DNA of 64,000 nt from Octopus sinensis. Lineage: Eukaryota. The notes under the pieces are model-generated. The model did not search any database. It was not told where the DNA came from and saw only the letters and a list, made by a program, of their open reading frames with translations. Location: positions 52,948,001 to 53,012,000 of the forward strand of contig NC_043007.1 of NCBI RefSeq assembly GCF_006345805.1. Reading direction: 5' to 3'. Shown piece after piece: positions 37,865-51,670 of the stretch. The translations under genes were made by a program, and so were the position numbers. How positions within the stretch are numbered: the stretch's first letter is position 1; the number at the start of each line of letters is the position of its first letter.

Positions 37865-39050
37865 GGAGAAGCATTTAGCTAAAACTAAGCCACTGTACTT
37901 GGTATTTATCAATATGTAGAAAGCCTTTGACATGGACCCCTGCCTCCTCATCTGGTGGGTTGCTGCAGAAGCTAGGGATAGATGAGCGGTTGATGAAAGT
38001 CATCCAAGCAATGTACAAGAATGCTGTGGGTAAGGTGAAAGTCAAAAAGTCAGCAATGAGTATAATGCACAGGGCTCAACTCTCAGCACCTTCTTGTTTA
38101 TCATATTCCTCCAGGCTATAACAGGAATTTAAAATTGGTTACCCAAGGGAGCTCCACTACACTAACGACCTTGTTCTTATAGCTGAATCTATAGTAGAAT
38201 TAGAGAAGAAATTTTAGGTATAGGTACAGTCAGGAATCAAAGGGCTTTAGAGTTAATTTAGCAAAGGCCAAAGTACTAGTAAGCAGGAAAGCAGACATTA
38301 ACTAATCTCTTCAAGGAAATGGCTCTGCTCAATATGTAAGTAAAATGTAGGTAGAAATTCAATACAATGTACCAAATACAAGTTATGGACACATAAGAGG
38401 GGCAGTGGAACCACAACAAAGTCAAGAGAGAAAGTAGTCTTTGTGTGTATAAGCACTAAGAACACACAAGAAATAGACTTCCTCCAATATCTAGGAGGAT
38501 CCTTGAAGATAGTGAAATGTTTCTGTTACCTAGGTGACCAAGTTAACAGTGGCAGAGGATACTCTGAAAGCATTGTTACTAGACTCAGACTTGGTTGGGT
38601 AAAATTCAGGGAACAATTACCTTTATTAGTAACAAAGGGCCTCTCCCTCGGAGTGAAAGATGGATTGTATGATGCTTACGTATGAACAGCTATACTACAT
38701 GGTAGTGAAATGTGGGCTGTAACTATAGAGGATATGTGATGGTTTGAAAGAAGTGAAGCCAGTATGCTTTGCTGGATATGCAATATCAGTATGTACATCT
38801 GACAAAGTGTAAATTTACATAGGAAATATTGGGCATAAGTAGTATCACATGTAATGCGCAAGAGAGAAGATTGTATTTGTATGGTCATGTGATGCATATG
38901 GATGAGGACAAGGGAACCTGAGAGAGACAAAGACCTAGGAAGATAGACAAAGTGGTGAAAATAATCTAAAGAAGCTGAGCCTCACAGAGCAGATGATAAA
39001 GGACCAAAGTAACTGGTAATTTGCTGTATTTGAAAAACCAAGGCCAAAAG
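37865..39050 (+). mobile_element. Old, degenerate RTE LINE
   Basis: Remnants FCYLGDQV, LLVTKGLSL, LYDA. Confidence 0.82.
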
Positions 39051-39599
39051 GGCATGCCCTTTATATCCATGCCATCCCACCCTGCATACAATCTGTCCTT
39101 GACAAACCTTTCTCCCACATCCCATCTTTCCAACACCTCCCTCTTCCTCCACCCATGCTCACCACCTGCTTTACTCCCCTCCCTTCTATCTTCCAATCTC
39201 CAAGGTTGAATCTCCTCCTCACAACATATTCTCTTAACACCCCTTCCTTCAATTTCTGTCCACTCACTAAATTGCCTATCTTCCACATCTCTTGAACTTA
39301 CCCACCAGCTCAATGCAATCCTTCTTCACACTTCACTTAAATGCACCTCCCTGTAACTTCACTGTAGCCCCACCCCCCAATTACATCTTTACTATCTCTC
39401 CTCTTTCTCTCTCTACTCTTGCCTACTGAGATAACCATGTATCTCCTTTCCTGCAAGACACCTATTTCTGTCGCTCTATGCATACTCTAACATCTCATCA
39501 CTTGGCAAAAAGACAACTTCCTCAAAACTTCTCCATACAGAGACTAGCATGCTTTTGTCAAACTAACACATACTAACACGAAAAATGAATGGAGAATTT

Positions 39600-40160
39600 A
39601 ATAGAATCTCTTTGGTAAAAATATAGTACTTGAATACCAAAGGTAGAGTAATATACTATTCATTAAAACCAAAAAAGTCTTCACAAACTGTTACTCAAGA
39701 GTTTTATGTGACTGGTCATCATACAGTTGTGATAATACTAAAAAATAAATTATGTGAGAATATATAATATAATGATATAATATAACATAGTCTTACAGTT
39801 CAATGAATGAGCACAATCTGATTGGGTAACTGATTTAAAAAAAATATAATGGTTTAAGGTTGGCTGCCAGTGAGGTTGGCTTAGGTGGAAGAATAAAATA
39901 GAAGTGCAAAAGGCAGTGCAAGAATATATAATATAATACAGTCTTACAGTTCAACATGCACTTCTGTTACAGTCCTTTTAAATATTTGTAATTCCCATAT
40001 CTGGATAGAGTCTATTTTATTTTTTCTTGCTTTTACATAATGTTTTATCAATTTAACTATTTTTGATATTTTATTTAGTATTATTGCAACTGTCTGACAA
40101 ATGGTCACATAAAACTGAGTAACAGTTTGTGAAAAATTTTTCAGCTTTAATAAACACTAT
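39600..40160. mobile_element. Inverted pair of PLE pseudo-LTR-like segments with decayed hammerhead
   Basis: 39660-39750 is inverted at 40070-40155. CTGACAAATGGTCACATAAAACTGAGTA resembles a decayed CUGANGA..GAAAC..GUA. Confidence 0.5.
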
Positions 40161-41159
40161 TCCCTAGATATTAAATTGACTGGTTTTTACACTAAATAAT
40201 CAAACCAGATTTAAAGGTTTCAATGAAATTGTTATCTAGTGGAAACAATTATGTTTTTAAGAATAAGATGTGTTTAACAACTATTTATTTAACTGTGTGT
40301 CAACTGGTATTATGGCAGTCAGTTGAAGGAAGAATCAAAAGGGGAAAACATCTAACCTGTGCAGACAACTTGTTCCGGAAGAGTGAAATGGCAAACATTG
40401 ACAAACTAAGAACAGGCATGGGGAACTGCGATGGATGGTGTGCTTGCATGAAATTATTGAAGCATCTGGGAGGAAAGCCAAACTAAACTACTTAAATGAA
40501 TGGAATAGTCATTTTGTTGGAAAGATTCATCTTTATTATGCTGTATCATCATCATTGTCATCATCATTTAACATCCACCTCCCAAGCTGGCATGAGTTGG
40601 ATGGTTTGACAGGATCTGGCCAGGTAGAAGACTACACTAGACTACTGTATCTGTTTTAGTATGAACTGAGTGCTTTTTATGTGGCACCAGCACAGGCAAG
40701 GCCAGTTTTGGCATGATTTTTACAACTGGATGCCCTTCCAAAATGCTAACCACTTCACAGTGTGGACTGGATGCTCTTTACATGGCACCAACACTAGAAG
40801 TAACTTGCAAAACAAAGATCCTTTGAAAGGGGTGAGGGGGATTGGAGGTGATTTTGTGTCAGATGATGAAAGATGAGAGTGTGATAAAGACAGAGAGGCA
40901 GAAACAGGTGTCTTGTTATAGAGGAGATACATGGTTACCTGGCCAGAGAGAGGGGGGATGAAGAGAGAGAGGGAGAGAAAGAGAAAAGAGATGTATAGAG
41001 AGAGAAAGAGAAACAGGGTGAGGGAGAGAGAGTGGAAGATGTAACAAGAGAACAGAAACAGTGAGCTAATGTAAAGGAGATACTTGGTTACCTAGCCAGG
41101 GGGGACAGCGAGAGGAGAGAGAGAGAGACAGCAAAAGTGCAAGAGAGAGCAGGAGAGAG

Positions 41160-44080
41160 ATGGAAGAAAACTCAAATATTACAACTAGAGAACTTGCAGA
41201 AGAGTTGGACGTTTCTAAAAGTATGGCTCATGAACACGTAGTGAAGCTAGGATACATTTCTCACCATAATGTATCGGTCTCTCACAAACTTTCAGAAAAG
41301 AATTCCTTGGACTGATATTCCATTTGTAATATGCTTTTGAAACAGAATGAAAGCATACCCTTTTTGAAACAACTTGTGACTGGAGATGAAAAATGGATTG
41401 TGTATGAAAACGTAGTGTGCGTAAGGATCCCCCCAAAACTGCAAATAAAGACGAATATCCATGTCAAAAAAGCTATGCTTTGTGTTTGGTGGGATCATAA
41501 AGGCATTATTTATATCGAGCTTCTCCCACAAAACCAGACAATTCTAATGTGTACTGTCATCAGGTGGCTAATTTGAACCAAAAAATCAGAAGAACTGAGG
41601 CTGGAGATTACCAACAGGAAAGGGTTAGTGTTACAACAAGATGTAGCAAGTCATAAAAGACGGCAATATGACATAATGGTCGTTTGCCCAAACAAGCATA
41701 ATTGTTGGTAATCCCAATGATTAAAATTACTGCCCATATACAAATTCTAAACTTTCTTCAAAGAAATGTTTCACAAAATACGGTTCTTAGAATTTGGATA
41801 TGAGCAGTTATAAAAACCCTGATTTTTGGGAAATTACTCAGTGTCCATAGGATTGTTACTCAACTCCATGACACTCACTCATTGAGATATTGGCAATTTT
41901 TTATGCCATGTCTATGATAAAAATCCAACAATACTTATTTGAATTGTTGTGAACTCTAGTAGTTAGTATGAAGGATTAGCTAGTGTGAATTATAAGTTGT
42001 AATTCTCTACGACAAAATGACTTTACTATAAATGCTAAATGCACATAAATAAACTAATGTAGTAATTATTTTCTCTTTCTTCACATTCTTCAACTTGTTA
42101 ATGAAATTTATTTCTGCAATTATGAAATTATAGTTTTTTATAGTGGTTAAAAGAACACAAATTTGTTTATCAACATACATGCACACATAAAATGCCCTTC
42201 AGCGTTTTAGAGTATATATTTCTCGCTATGGCGTTTATGTAGCTGGAGTCAGGATTTATGTACAATGGAGGAGAAGTTCCAGGTGTGGAAGGAGGGTTTA
42301 GAATCGAGGGGCCTTAGAGTCAACCTAGCTAAAACTAAAGTACTAATAAGTAGGAAGGTAGACAATCCACAAATGTCTTCAGGAAGATGGCCCTGCTCGA
42401 TCTGTAGAAAAGGTGTAGGTAGAAACTCTATAAGATGTACCCAGTGTAAGCTATGGACACATAAGAGGTGCAGCAATGTCAAAGGTAGGCTAACTAGGAA
42501 GATAGTTTTTGTATGTGGCAGATGCTCGGGAGCATTAACCTCCGAAAATCTGCAGAAAACAACTTCCGTCACTTTCCAGGGGGAAAAACTAGAAGTAGTT
42601 GATAGCTTCCGTTATCTAGGTGACCAAGTCAGTAGTGGGGGTGGGTGCGCTGAAAGTATAACTGCTAGAATAAGAATAGCCTGAGCAAAGTTTAGGGAGC
42701 TCTTACCTCTGCTGGTGACTAAAGGCTCAGAGTAAAAGGCAGACTGTATGATGCATGTGTACGAACAGCCATGTTACATGGCAGTGAAACATGGGCCGTG
42801 ACTGCTGAGGACATGCGTAAGCTCGTGAGGAATGAAGCCAGTATGCTCCGATGGATGTGTAATGTCAGTGTACATACTCGACAGAGCGTTAGTACCTTGA
42901 GAGAAATGTTGTACCTAAGAAGCATCAGTTGTGGTGTGCAAGAAAGACGATTGCGCTGGTATGGTCATGTGGCGAGAATGGATGAAGATAGGTGTGTGAG
43001 AAAGTGCCAATCCCTAGCAGTTGAGGGAACCCGTGGAAGAGGTAGACCCAGGAAAACCTGGGACAAGGTGGTGAAACACGACCTTCGAACTTTAGGCCTC
43101 ACTGAGGAAATGACCAGTGACCGAGACCTTTGGAAATATGCTGTACGTGAGAAGACCAGGCAGGACAAGTGAGCCCAGCCCACTTATGCATGCCTTTCCT
43201 CCCTTGGACACAAAGACCTGTTGAGGCAAGCGAAGTCGATATAGAACCTCATCCGACGACAGGCACCCATGCCAACCCCCTTTGCTTGTGAAGACATGTT
43301 GGGGCAAGCGAAATCGAAATCGAAATGAACCAGCCAGGACCCCTGGTCTGGTGGTACGTAAAAAGCACTATCCGAATCGTGGCCGATGCCAGCGCCGCCT
43401 CGACTGGCTTCCGTGCCGGTGGCACGTAAAATACACCAATCCGACCGTGGCCGTTGCCAGCCTCGCCTGGCACCTGCGCAGGTGGCACGTAAAAAGCACC
43501 CATTACACTCACAGAGTGGTTGGCGTTAGGAAGGGCATCCAGCTGTAGAAACATTGCCAGATAAGACTGGAGCCTGGTGCAGCCTTCTGGCTTCCCAGAT
43601 CCCCGGTCGAACCGTCCAACCCATGCTAGCATGGAGAACGGACGTTAAACGATGATGATGATGATGATGATAACATTTATAAGTAAGTTGTAAGTGACAT
43701 GTTTATCAATATATATTCCTACTTCAAAAGTAAAATATATTTATTATCTATTTCCAAACAGGAAACATATAAAAGTAGTGTTACACAAACAGTAACAAAC
43801 GCAGCTATTAAAAGTGGTGACCTCCCCAAACCGGCTATAAAAAAGACAATGCCCAAGCACATGTGTCTTTGGCTACCCAAACAAAGTTACATGAACTTGA
43901 CAGGGATCTCTTACCCCACTCACCATATTTTCCTGATATTGCGCCATCTGACAACCACTTGTTTTTGTCTCTATGGAACTCATTGCAAGGAAAAACATTT
44001 AACAATTTAGATGGAGTCAAAATGCAGTTACATAAAGTTTTTCTTCAAAACTAGTCAAATTTTGATAATGATGGAATATT
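41160..44080 (+). mobile_element. Mariner transposase pseudogene split by later insertions
   Basis: 5' part LVTGDEKW, MLCVWWDHKGIIYIELL (41160-41650). 3' part HSPYFPDIAPSDNHLFLSL (43760-44080). Confidence 0.78.
42268..43671 (+). mobile_element. 5'-truncated RTE LINE
   Basis: RT C-terminal ORFs 42265-42684 and 42771-43172, 3'UTR and (GAT)n tail. Confidence 0.93.
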
Positions 44081-44749
44081 TAACCCTTTAGTGTTCAGAT
44101 TAATTTGTCAAATGTAATGCTTATCTGTTGATTAAATTTTACTTTTATGGGCAGGTAAATTTAATTAACAGGTGTAAAAAAATAAGATTATGAATAAATC
44201 TATATCTATCACTCTGACTATATCTTTCTATATCTATCTATCTATCTATCTATGTGTATGTTCACTTTTCATGAGAAAACAGCTGCACAAATTAGTACCA
44301 TAATTGGAGTGCAGTAATAATTTGACCTGAGACAATAATATGGTGTTGCTTTATTTTTTTATTAAAAATAGATAATATTGCTTTATATATATGATTCCCT
44401 TCTTTACTAATACTTTCTCTCACTCCTCTTCTTTCTTTGCTCTCTCACTCCTTGTCCTTATTCACTCTCTCTCTCTCACTCCCCTCTCTTCCTTCTTCAC
44501 TTTATCAATAACACATCTTGTTTTGATTCTACAAACATCTATTTTTAGTATTTGGGAGGCACATTCCTTATCTAACTTCTCACTGTACTTCCTCACTTTC
44601 TATCTCTTACTCTTTCTATCTCTTATTCATTCTCTCTTCATTCTGTCTAGTGTTTACCATTGTAACAGTTTCTGGTACCAAAAGAATTATTATAGCTACT
44701 TTCATTGCTTACAATCTTCTGCACTGGTGTATTTGTGTATCAGTAAATA

Positions 44750-47460
44750 ACCATGCCTAGAAGGCGTCAAAAATTTGTCTCCAGTGTCAAAGTCAGCCAA
44801 AAGAATGTCTCTGTCAAGGGAGAAAGAGACAGCTGAAAAAAAGGGAAGCATGCCAAGAAATAAACAGCCTGTGCACAACAGCAGCCAGATGATCTGAGAA
44901 TGATGAGATAAGAGCTGTGCATAAAAAAAAAATAAATAAACAGTTGTGTACCGGTGCTGCCCAAGCATCTCAAAATACTGGATAGAGGTATGCATGCCTG
45001 ACAAGGAATAGGATCTCCACTGCAGAAGAAAGAGCAGTTTCAACAGCTAAGAGAAGTAACTTACATGAAGCAGCTTTCAACTATGACCCAGCAGTTAATT
45101 ATGCAGATGAAGTTTGGTGCAATGACAACTGAGTGCATACACTGTAAAACAAAGAAGTGGCCTGGAGAGACACCTGGGCTGTGCTGCTGTGGTGGAAAGG
45201 TTAAACTTCCTGCAATGCCCCAACCTCCAGAGCCATTGAAGAAACTGTTGTCATCAACTGACCAAGAGTCTAAGCACTTCCAAAACAAAATTTGACGCTG
45301 CTCAACAGATCACATCACTGGAGCCACAAGAAAAATAACTGAGCCAGGACTCATGCAAACTTTCAAGATCCAAGGGCAGATTTATCATCAGATTGGCTTT
45401 CTACTACCTCTGTCAAATGAGTCACCAAAATTCCTACAGATATATTTTATGGGTGATTCTCAACAAAAAGGGCAAGAAAGGTGCAAGAACATTTCTGGCA
45501 TCAGGATGAGCATTGAGATGTCTCTGCAAAAGATGCTGCACAACAACAAGCTTCAAAGCCGCACTTGAAACAATTCCAGTTAACTTCAGGAAATACAAGG
45601 TAGTTAGCAGATCAAACAAGAAACCAGCTGATCCAACATGGAGGGAGGTTTAATGGGCCAACAGCAAATGAAATAGTTGTGCTTCTGATTGAGCAAGAAC
45701 ATGACAGGCATGACATTGTCCTCCATCTCAGAGATGGAGGACAATGATGAAGATTTCAGAAACACACAGGTCCTATGATGCACTACAGTATCCATTGCTG
45801 TTCTGTTATGGACAAGATGATTACCACATCAACATTGTTCAGACAAACTCCTCAAAGAGAGTTTCATCCAGTGACTTCCATGGATTCCACATCATGGTGA
45901 GAAGTGAAGATTCTAACTACATTCTACATTGTAGGGATCTGTTCAATTAGTTCATTGTTGACATGTATGCAAACATTGAAAGTGAATGGCTACTTTACTT
46001 GAGGGTGAACCAGAAGAAACTAAGAGTGGAATCATATGCAAACCTGCAAGGTGCAATGCTGAATGATCATGATGTCAACACGGGTCAGCTGATTATCCTT
46101 CCATCATCATTCACATGAAGCCCAAGACACATGCATGAGAGCACACAAAATGCAATGACATATGTTAGACACCATAGAAGACCAGACCTTTACATAACCT
46201 TCACTTGCAATCCTAACTGGAAAGAGATTAAAAATGAACTCTTCTCAAACCAAGAGCTGAAAGATAGACATGGCATAATTGCAAGGGTCTTCAGACAGAA
46301 GGTTATCAAGCCCATGCAGTTACTGACAAAAGATAAAGGGTTCAGTGCCACTATATGCCACAAGTATACCATAGAGTGACAGAAATGAGATCTTCCTCAT
46401 GTACACACCCTGCTCTGGCTTACAGAAAAAAATCCATGCTAGAATGATAGACACATACATCAGTGCATAGCTTTTAGATCCTCAGGAAGATCGAGAACTC
46501 TTTAGTGTGATCAAGATTCAAACAGTTCATGTTCCATGTGGGAAAATCAACCTAAATGCTCTATGCATGCAGGATAGAACATGTACAAAAGGCTTTCCAA
46601 ATAAGTTCCTTCAAAAGACCCACACTAAACATGATGGCTATCCCTTCTACAGAAGAAGAAGGCCAGGTGAAGATGGGTTTGAAATCACCATCAAGAAGTC
46701 AGCTCATACTGAAATTCCAGTTGACAACAGGTGGATAGTACCATACTGTCCACTCCTCTCCAAGATATTCAAGGCATACATCAATGTTGACTTCTCTAAC
46801 TCAGTGAAATCCATTAAGTATGTGTGCAAATATGTCAACAATGGATCTGACATGGCAGACTTTGCAGTACAGGACTTAGAGAAGAATGATGAGATTAAGA
46901 CTTTTCAAATGGGGAGGTATGCTAGCAGTGTAAAGCATGTTGGAGAATCTTCAAGTTCCCCATTCATGAGAGATATCCCCACATGGAACACCTTGGAGAA
47001 TGGAGAAAGGGTTTACTTCACCCCAGAGACAGTGCAACAACAAATGGAAGCCCTAAAGAATACTGCACTTATAGTATTCTTCAAGCTCTCTCAGGATGAT
47101 GAATTTGCTGCCAGACTGCTACACAATGAAGTTCCATAATACTACACCGGGAACAAAAAGGAATGGAAGCAAGGTGCACTTGGAGTACCCACAGATCATC
47201 TGGAATCAAGAAATCAGACACAATTGGCAGAGTCTATGTAGTCCATCCCAACTATTCTGAGTGCTACTATCTAAGGCTTCTGTTAAATAATATCAAGGGA
47301 CCCACATCATTCACTGCTTTATGTACAGCTGACAACACAGTATGTCTAACATATCACTGGACTTGCCATCTCAGAGATCACCTGGAAGATGATGCACACT
47401 GGGATGCCACTCTGAGAGAGGTACAAATGTGCAAGTCTCCTATGCACCTGAGAAGCCGCT
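44750..47460 (+). mobile_element. Helitron Rep pseudogene (truncated before the helicase)
   Basis: C..CKTKKWPGETPGLCC..GKVKLP, FKIQGQIYHQIG, YDALQYPLLF, PDLYITFTCNPNW, HUH remnant LPHVHTLLWL, DNRWIVPY, IKYVCKYV. Confidence 0.92.
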
Positions 47461-47571
47461 TCTGTATGAAAAGCAGACGTTAAACAATGATGATGATGAT
47501 ATACATATATAAAATGCTTTATTCTTGAAAAGAAATGGTTGGTTTCATAGTAGACATTAATGAAAACTCAC

Positions 47572-47679
47572 CTGCTTAATTGTAGCCTTTAGAGCTTTGA
47601 ATGACTCTTCTCGAATAACATCAACAAAATCAAAATTATGTTCACGTAACATCCCTAGTACAATAGCAGCTAATTTTAC
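47572..47679 (-). CDS. VPS54: VPS54 internal coding exon
   Basis: Acceptor TTTTCTTCTCCCAG|, donor CAG|GTGAGT. 108 nt, phase 0/0. VKLAAIVLGMLREHNFDFVDVIREESFKALKATIKQ aligns with VPS54 RLISLVFGLLKQRKLNFLEIY...KNIIKQ. Confidence 0.88.
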
Positions 47680-48414
47680 CTGGGAGAAGAAAAAACATAG
47701 ATATGGTTAGTTAGATGATATAACTTTCAGCTTCTTCCTCCTGAGTACACACACATACATACAAATATTAACAATATGTATATAATACTTAAAGTATATA
47801 TACTGCTGAAAGCCTTCTAAATTGTAGTATCTTTTAACACTATAGGTGGAGAATACTCTCTCAAAGTGCCAGGTGTTATCTACTGGCAAATATATGAAGC
47901 ATATATGTTCAGTACGTATGTTTGATAATGTGTATACACACCTCCTCAACATTTACTCACTATTCCCCACAACTTCTTGCTGTTGACACCACCAAAAATG
48001 AACAAGTTATCATTAAAGGTGTGAGAATGTAAGGATTTTTTGAATGATAACTGACAAGGAATGAGCAATATCAGTGTCCTGAGTGTGAATTTTCTTTTGT
48101 GTTTCCATTTAATTTTTAGAACTTATATAAATAGGAACAAACGGAAAACAGGAACAAACAGAAAACACACTAAAGATATGGATGTGCTCATCAGTTATTG
48201 TCCAAGACATCCTTACAATTTCATGCATTTAAGGATAATGTTGATCATTAATAAATGAATGTTCAGGACAGTGACAAAAACAAACAACAAAAGGTAGTGG
48301 TACTGTTATGATTACACAAACAAAATATAGGCCATAAGGCACTGAAATAAAATTAGGATGTGTGTGTGCGTGTTTGTGAGTGTGTGTGTATGCATGCGTG
48401 CATGTGTGTGCATA

Positions 48415-48830
48415 GGCATAGGAGTGGCTGTGTGGTAAGTGGCTTGCTTACAAACCACATGGTTCCGAGTTCAGTACAACTGTGTGGCACCTTGGGCAAG
48501 TGACTTCTTCTATAGCCTCGGGCTGACCAAAGCCTTGTGAGTGGATTTGGTAGAGGGAAACTGAAAGAAGCTCATCATATAAATGTGTGTGTCTGTGTGT
48601 GTGTGGATGGGTATGTTTGTGTGTCTGTGTTTGTCCCCCCCAACATCGCTTGACAACCGATACTGGTGTGTTTATGTCCCCGTAACTTAGCAGTTCGGCA
48701 AAATGGAGCAATAGAGTAAGTACTAGGCTTACAAAGAATAAGTCCAGGGGTCGATTTGCTCGACTAAAGTCGGTGCTCCAGCATGGCCACAATCAAATGA
48801 CTGAAACAAGTAAAAGAGTAAAAGAGAGTA
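48415..48830 (+). mobile_element. Full-length tRNA-derived SINE (octopus OR-type-like)
   Basis: Pol III head, core GGCACCTTGGGCAAGTG, internal (GT)n, tail CCAGCATGGCCAC...TGACTGAAACAAGTAAAAGAG. Confidence 0.82.
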
Positions 48831-49095
48831 AAGAATATATATATAAATATATTTATTTATGTATCTTTTTTTCTTCTTTTCATCACTTCTTTTAGTTACG
48901 GGACTGCATCCATGCTGGGGCACTGCCTTAGTGAGTTTTTAGTCAAATCAATCAACCCCAAACCGTTTTTTCTTTTTTTTTAACCTGATGACTTTTGCCG
49001 AACGGTTGGATTATGGGGACGTAAACACACCAACACCAGTTGTCAAGCAGTCATGGGGGATAAAGATAGGCACAAAGACAGATACATATATATAT

Positions 49096-51003
49096 GGTTC
49101 ATGCCAGGGAAAAGCACCACTGATGCTATATTTCTGGTAAGACAGCTGCAGGAGAAATACCTAGCCAAAGATAAACCCCTGTACCTAGCTTTCATTGACA
49201 TGGAGAAAGCCTTTGACAAGGGCCTCCGATCCCTTCTCTGGTGGTCAATGAGGAAACTAGGGATAGATGAATGGTTAGTGAGAGCTGTGCAAGCCATGTA
49301 CAGGAACGCTGTCAGTAAGGTGAGGGTTGGCAATGAGTAAAGTGAAGAATTCCAGGAAGGGGTAGGGGTCCAGGAAGGTTCAATCCTCAGCCCCCTCCAA
49401 TTTATCATAGTCCTCCAGGCAATAACAGAGGAATTCAAGATGAGATGACCCTGGGGGCTCCTCTATGCTGACGACCTTACTCTAATTGCTGAGTCACTAT
49501 CAGAACTAGAGGAGAAGTTTCAGGTGTGGAAACAAGGATTAAAATCGAAGGGCCTTAGAGTCAACCTAGCTAAAACTAAAGTACTAATAAGTAGGAAGGC
49601 AGGCAAACCACAAATCCCTTGAGGTAGTTGGCCCTGCTCAATCTGTAGAAACTCTATAAGATGTACCCAGTGTAAGCTATGGACACATAAGAGGTGCAGC
49701 AATATCAAAGGAAGCCTAACTAGGAAGATAGTTTTTGTATGTGGCAGATGTTCAGGAGCAATAAACATTGAAAATGTGCAGAGAACAACTTCTGCCACAT
49801 TCCAGGGAGAAAAACTAGAAGTAGTTGATAGTTTCCATTACCTAGGTGACCAAGTCAGTAGCAGGGAAGGGTACGCTGAAAGTGTAGCTGCTAGAATAAG
49901 AATAGCCTGGGCAAATTTCAGAGAGCGCTTTTTTCTGCTGGCGACAAAGGGCCTCTTGCTCAGAGTAAAAGGTAGACTGTATGACGCATGTGTACGAACA
50001 GCCATGCTACATGGCAGTGAAACATGGGCCGTGACAGCTGAAGACATGCGTAAGCTCACAGGGAATGAAGCCAGTATGATTCGATGGATGTGTAATGTCA
50101 GTGTGCATACTCAACAGAGAGTAAGTACCTTGAGAGAAAAGTTGAACCTAAGAAGCATCAGATGTGGTGTCCAAGAGAGACAACTGCGCTGGTATGGTCA
50201 TGTGGTGAGAATGAATGAGAATAACTGTGTGAAAAAGTGCCACACCCTAGTGACTGAGGGAACCTGTGGAAGAGGTAGACCCAGGAAGACCTGGGATGAG
50301 GTGGTGAAGCATGACCTTCAAACATTGGGCCTCACCAAGGCAATGACTAGAGACCGGGACCTTTGGAAATATACTGTGCTTGAGAAGACCCAGCATGCCA
50401 AGTGAGACCATAACCTTGTGGCCTGTGCCAGGGGTGTAACCAGCCCACTCATGTGTATCTTTCCTTCATTGGACACTAAACTCTGCTTACGAAGACCTGC
50501 TGAGGCAAGTGAAATCAAAATTGAAATCAAATTCGAAGACTGGCATCTGTGCTAGTGGAGTGCTAAGAGCACCATCCGAGCATGATCGTTGCCAGAGTGG
50601 CTAACTGGATTCCGTGCCGGTGGCATGTAAAAAGCACCATTCGAGCATGATCGTTACCAGCATCGCCTTACTTGCACTTGTACTGCTGGCACATAAAAAA
50701 ACATTCAAGCGAGGTCGTTGTCAGTGCCGCTGGACTGGCTCCTGTACAGGTGGCATGTAAAAAACACCATTTGAGCATGGCCGTTGCCAGTACCGTCTGA
50801 CTGGCCCTTGTGCTGGTGGCACATAAAAGCACCCACTACACTCTCGGAGTGGTTAGCGTTAGGAAGGGCATCCAGCTCTAGAAACTCTGCCATATCAGAT
50901 TGGAGCTTGGTGCAGCCATCTGGTTTACCAGCACTCAGTCAAATCGTCCAACATATGCTAGCATGAAAAGCAGACGTTAAATGATGATTATGATGATGAT
51001 GAT
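49096..51003 (+). mobile_element. 5'-truncated RTE LINE (RT and 3'UTR)
   Basis: DMEKAFD, YADD, ORF 49776-50405, (GAT)n tail. Confidence 0.93.
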
Positions 51004-51019
51004 ATATATATACACACAT

Positions 51020-51170
51020 ATATACGACAGGCTTCTTTTAGTTTCCATCTACCAAATCCACTCACAAGTCTTTGATCGACCTGAGGCTATAGCAGAAAAT
51101 GCTTGCCCGTGCGACTGAACACGGAACCATGTGGTTGGGAAGCAATCTTCTTACTACACAGCAATGCCTA
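51020..51170 (-). mobile_element. tRNA-derived SINE head
   Basis: Reverse complement of the SINE head at 48415. Confidence 0.7.
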
Positions 51171-51318
51171 TGTATGCATATCTGTGTGTCTATACACACA
51201 CACATATACCAGAATTCAATAAAGTGAGACAGATTCAGATATCAAGTTATTCTTCGTCAAAACCAACATATATTTAAGCTGGGAACATGACTATATATAT
51301 ACATATATATTTATTATA

Positions 51319-51356
<38 letters not shown>

Positions 51357-51670
51357 TCATACGAACCCATTCAAAATCAAGGTTGGATGACAGTGTGCAT
51401 ACACATATACAGATGAATATCGATTGTATGAAGAAATGTATATGGTATAATTTTTGGAACTTTTATATATATAAATAGGAACAAACAGAAAACACAATAT
51501 ATTGAGCCCTTCTGTGTTGTTCTGTGAAAGGGTTACTATCTTTTAATATCCTCTAGGCTACCTTTGACGTTATATCCTGTAACGTTTTTTAAAACAAACT
51601 TCAATTAATCATTAAACATATCCATCATTTTTCTGTTAAAATGTCTTATTTATGAGTTTCATTTCTTCAT

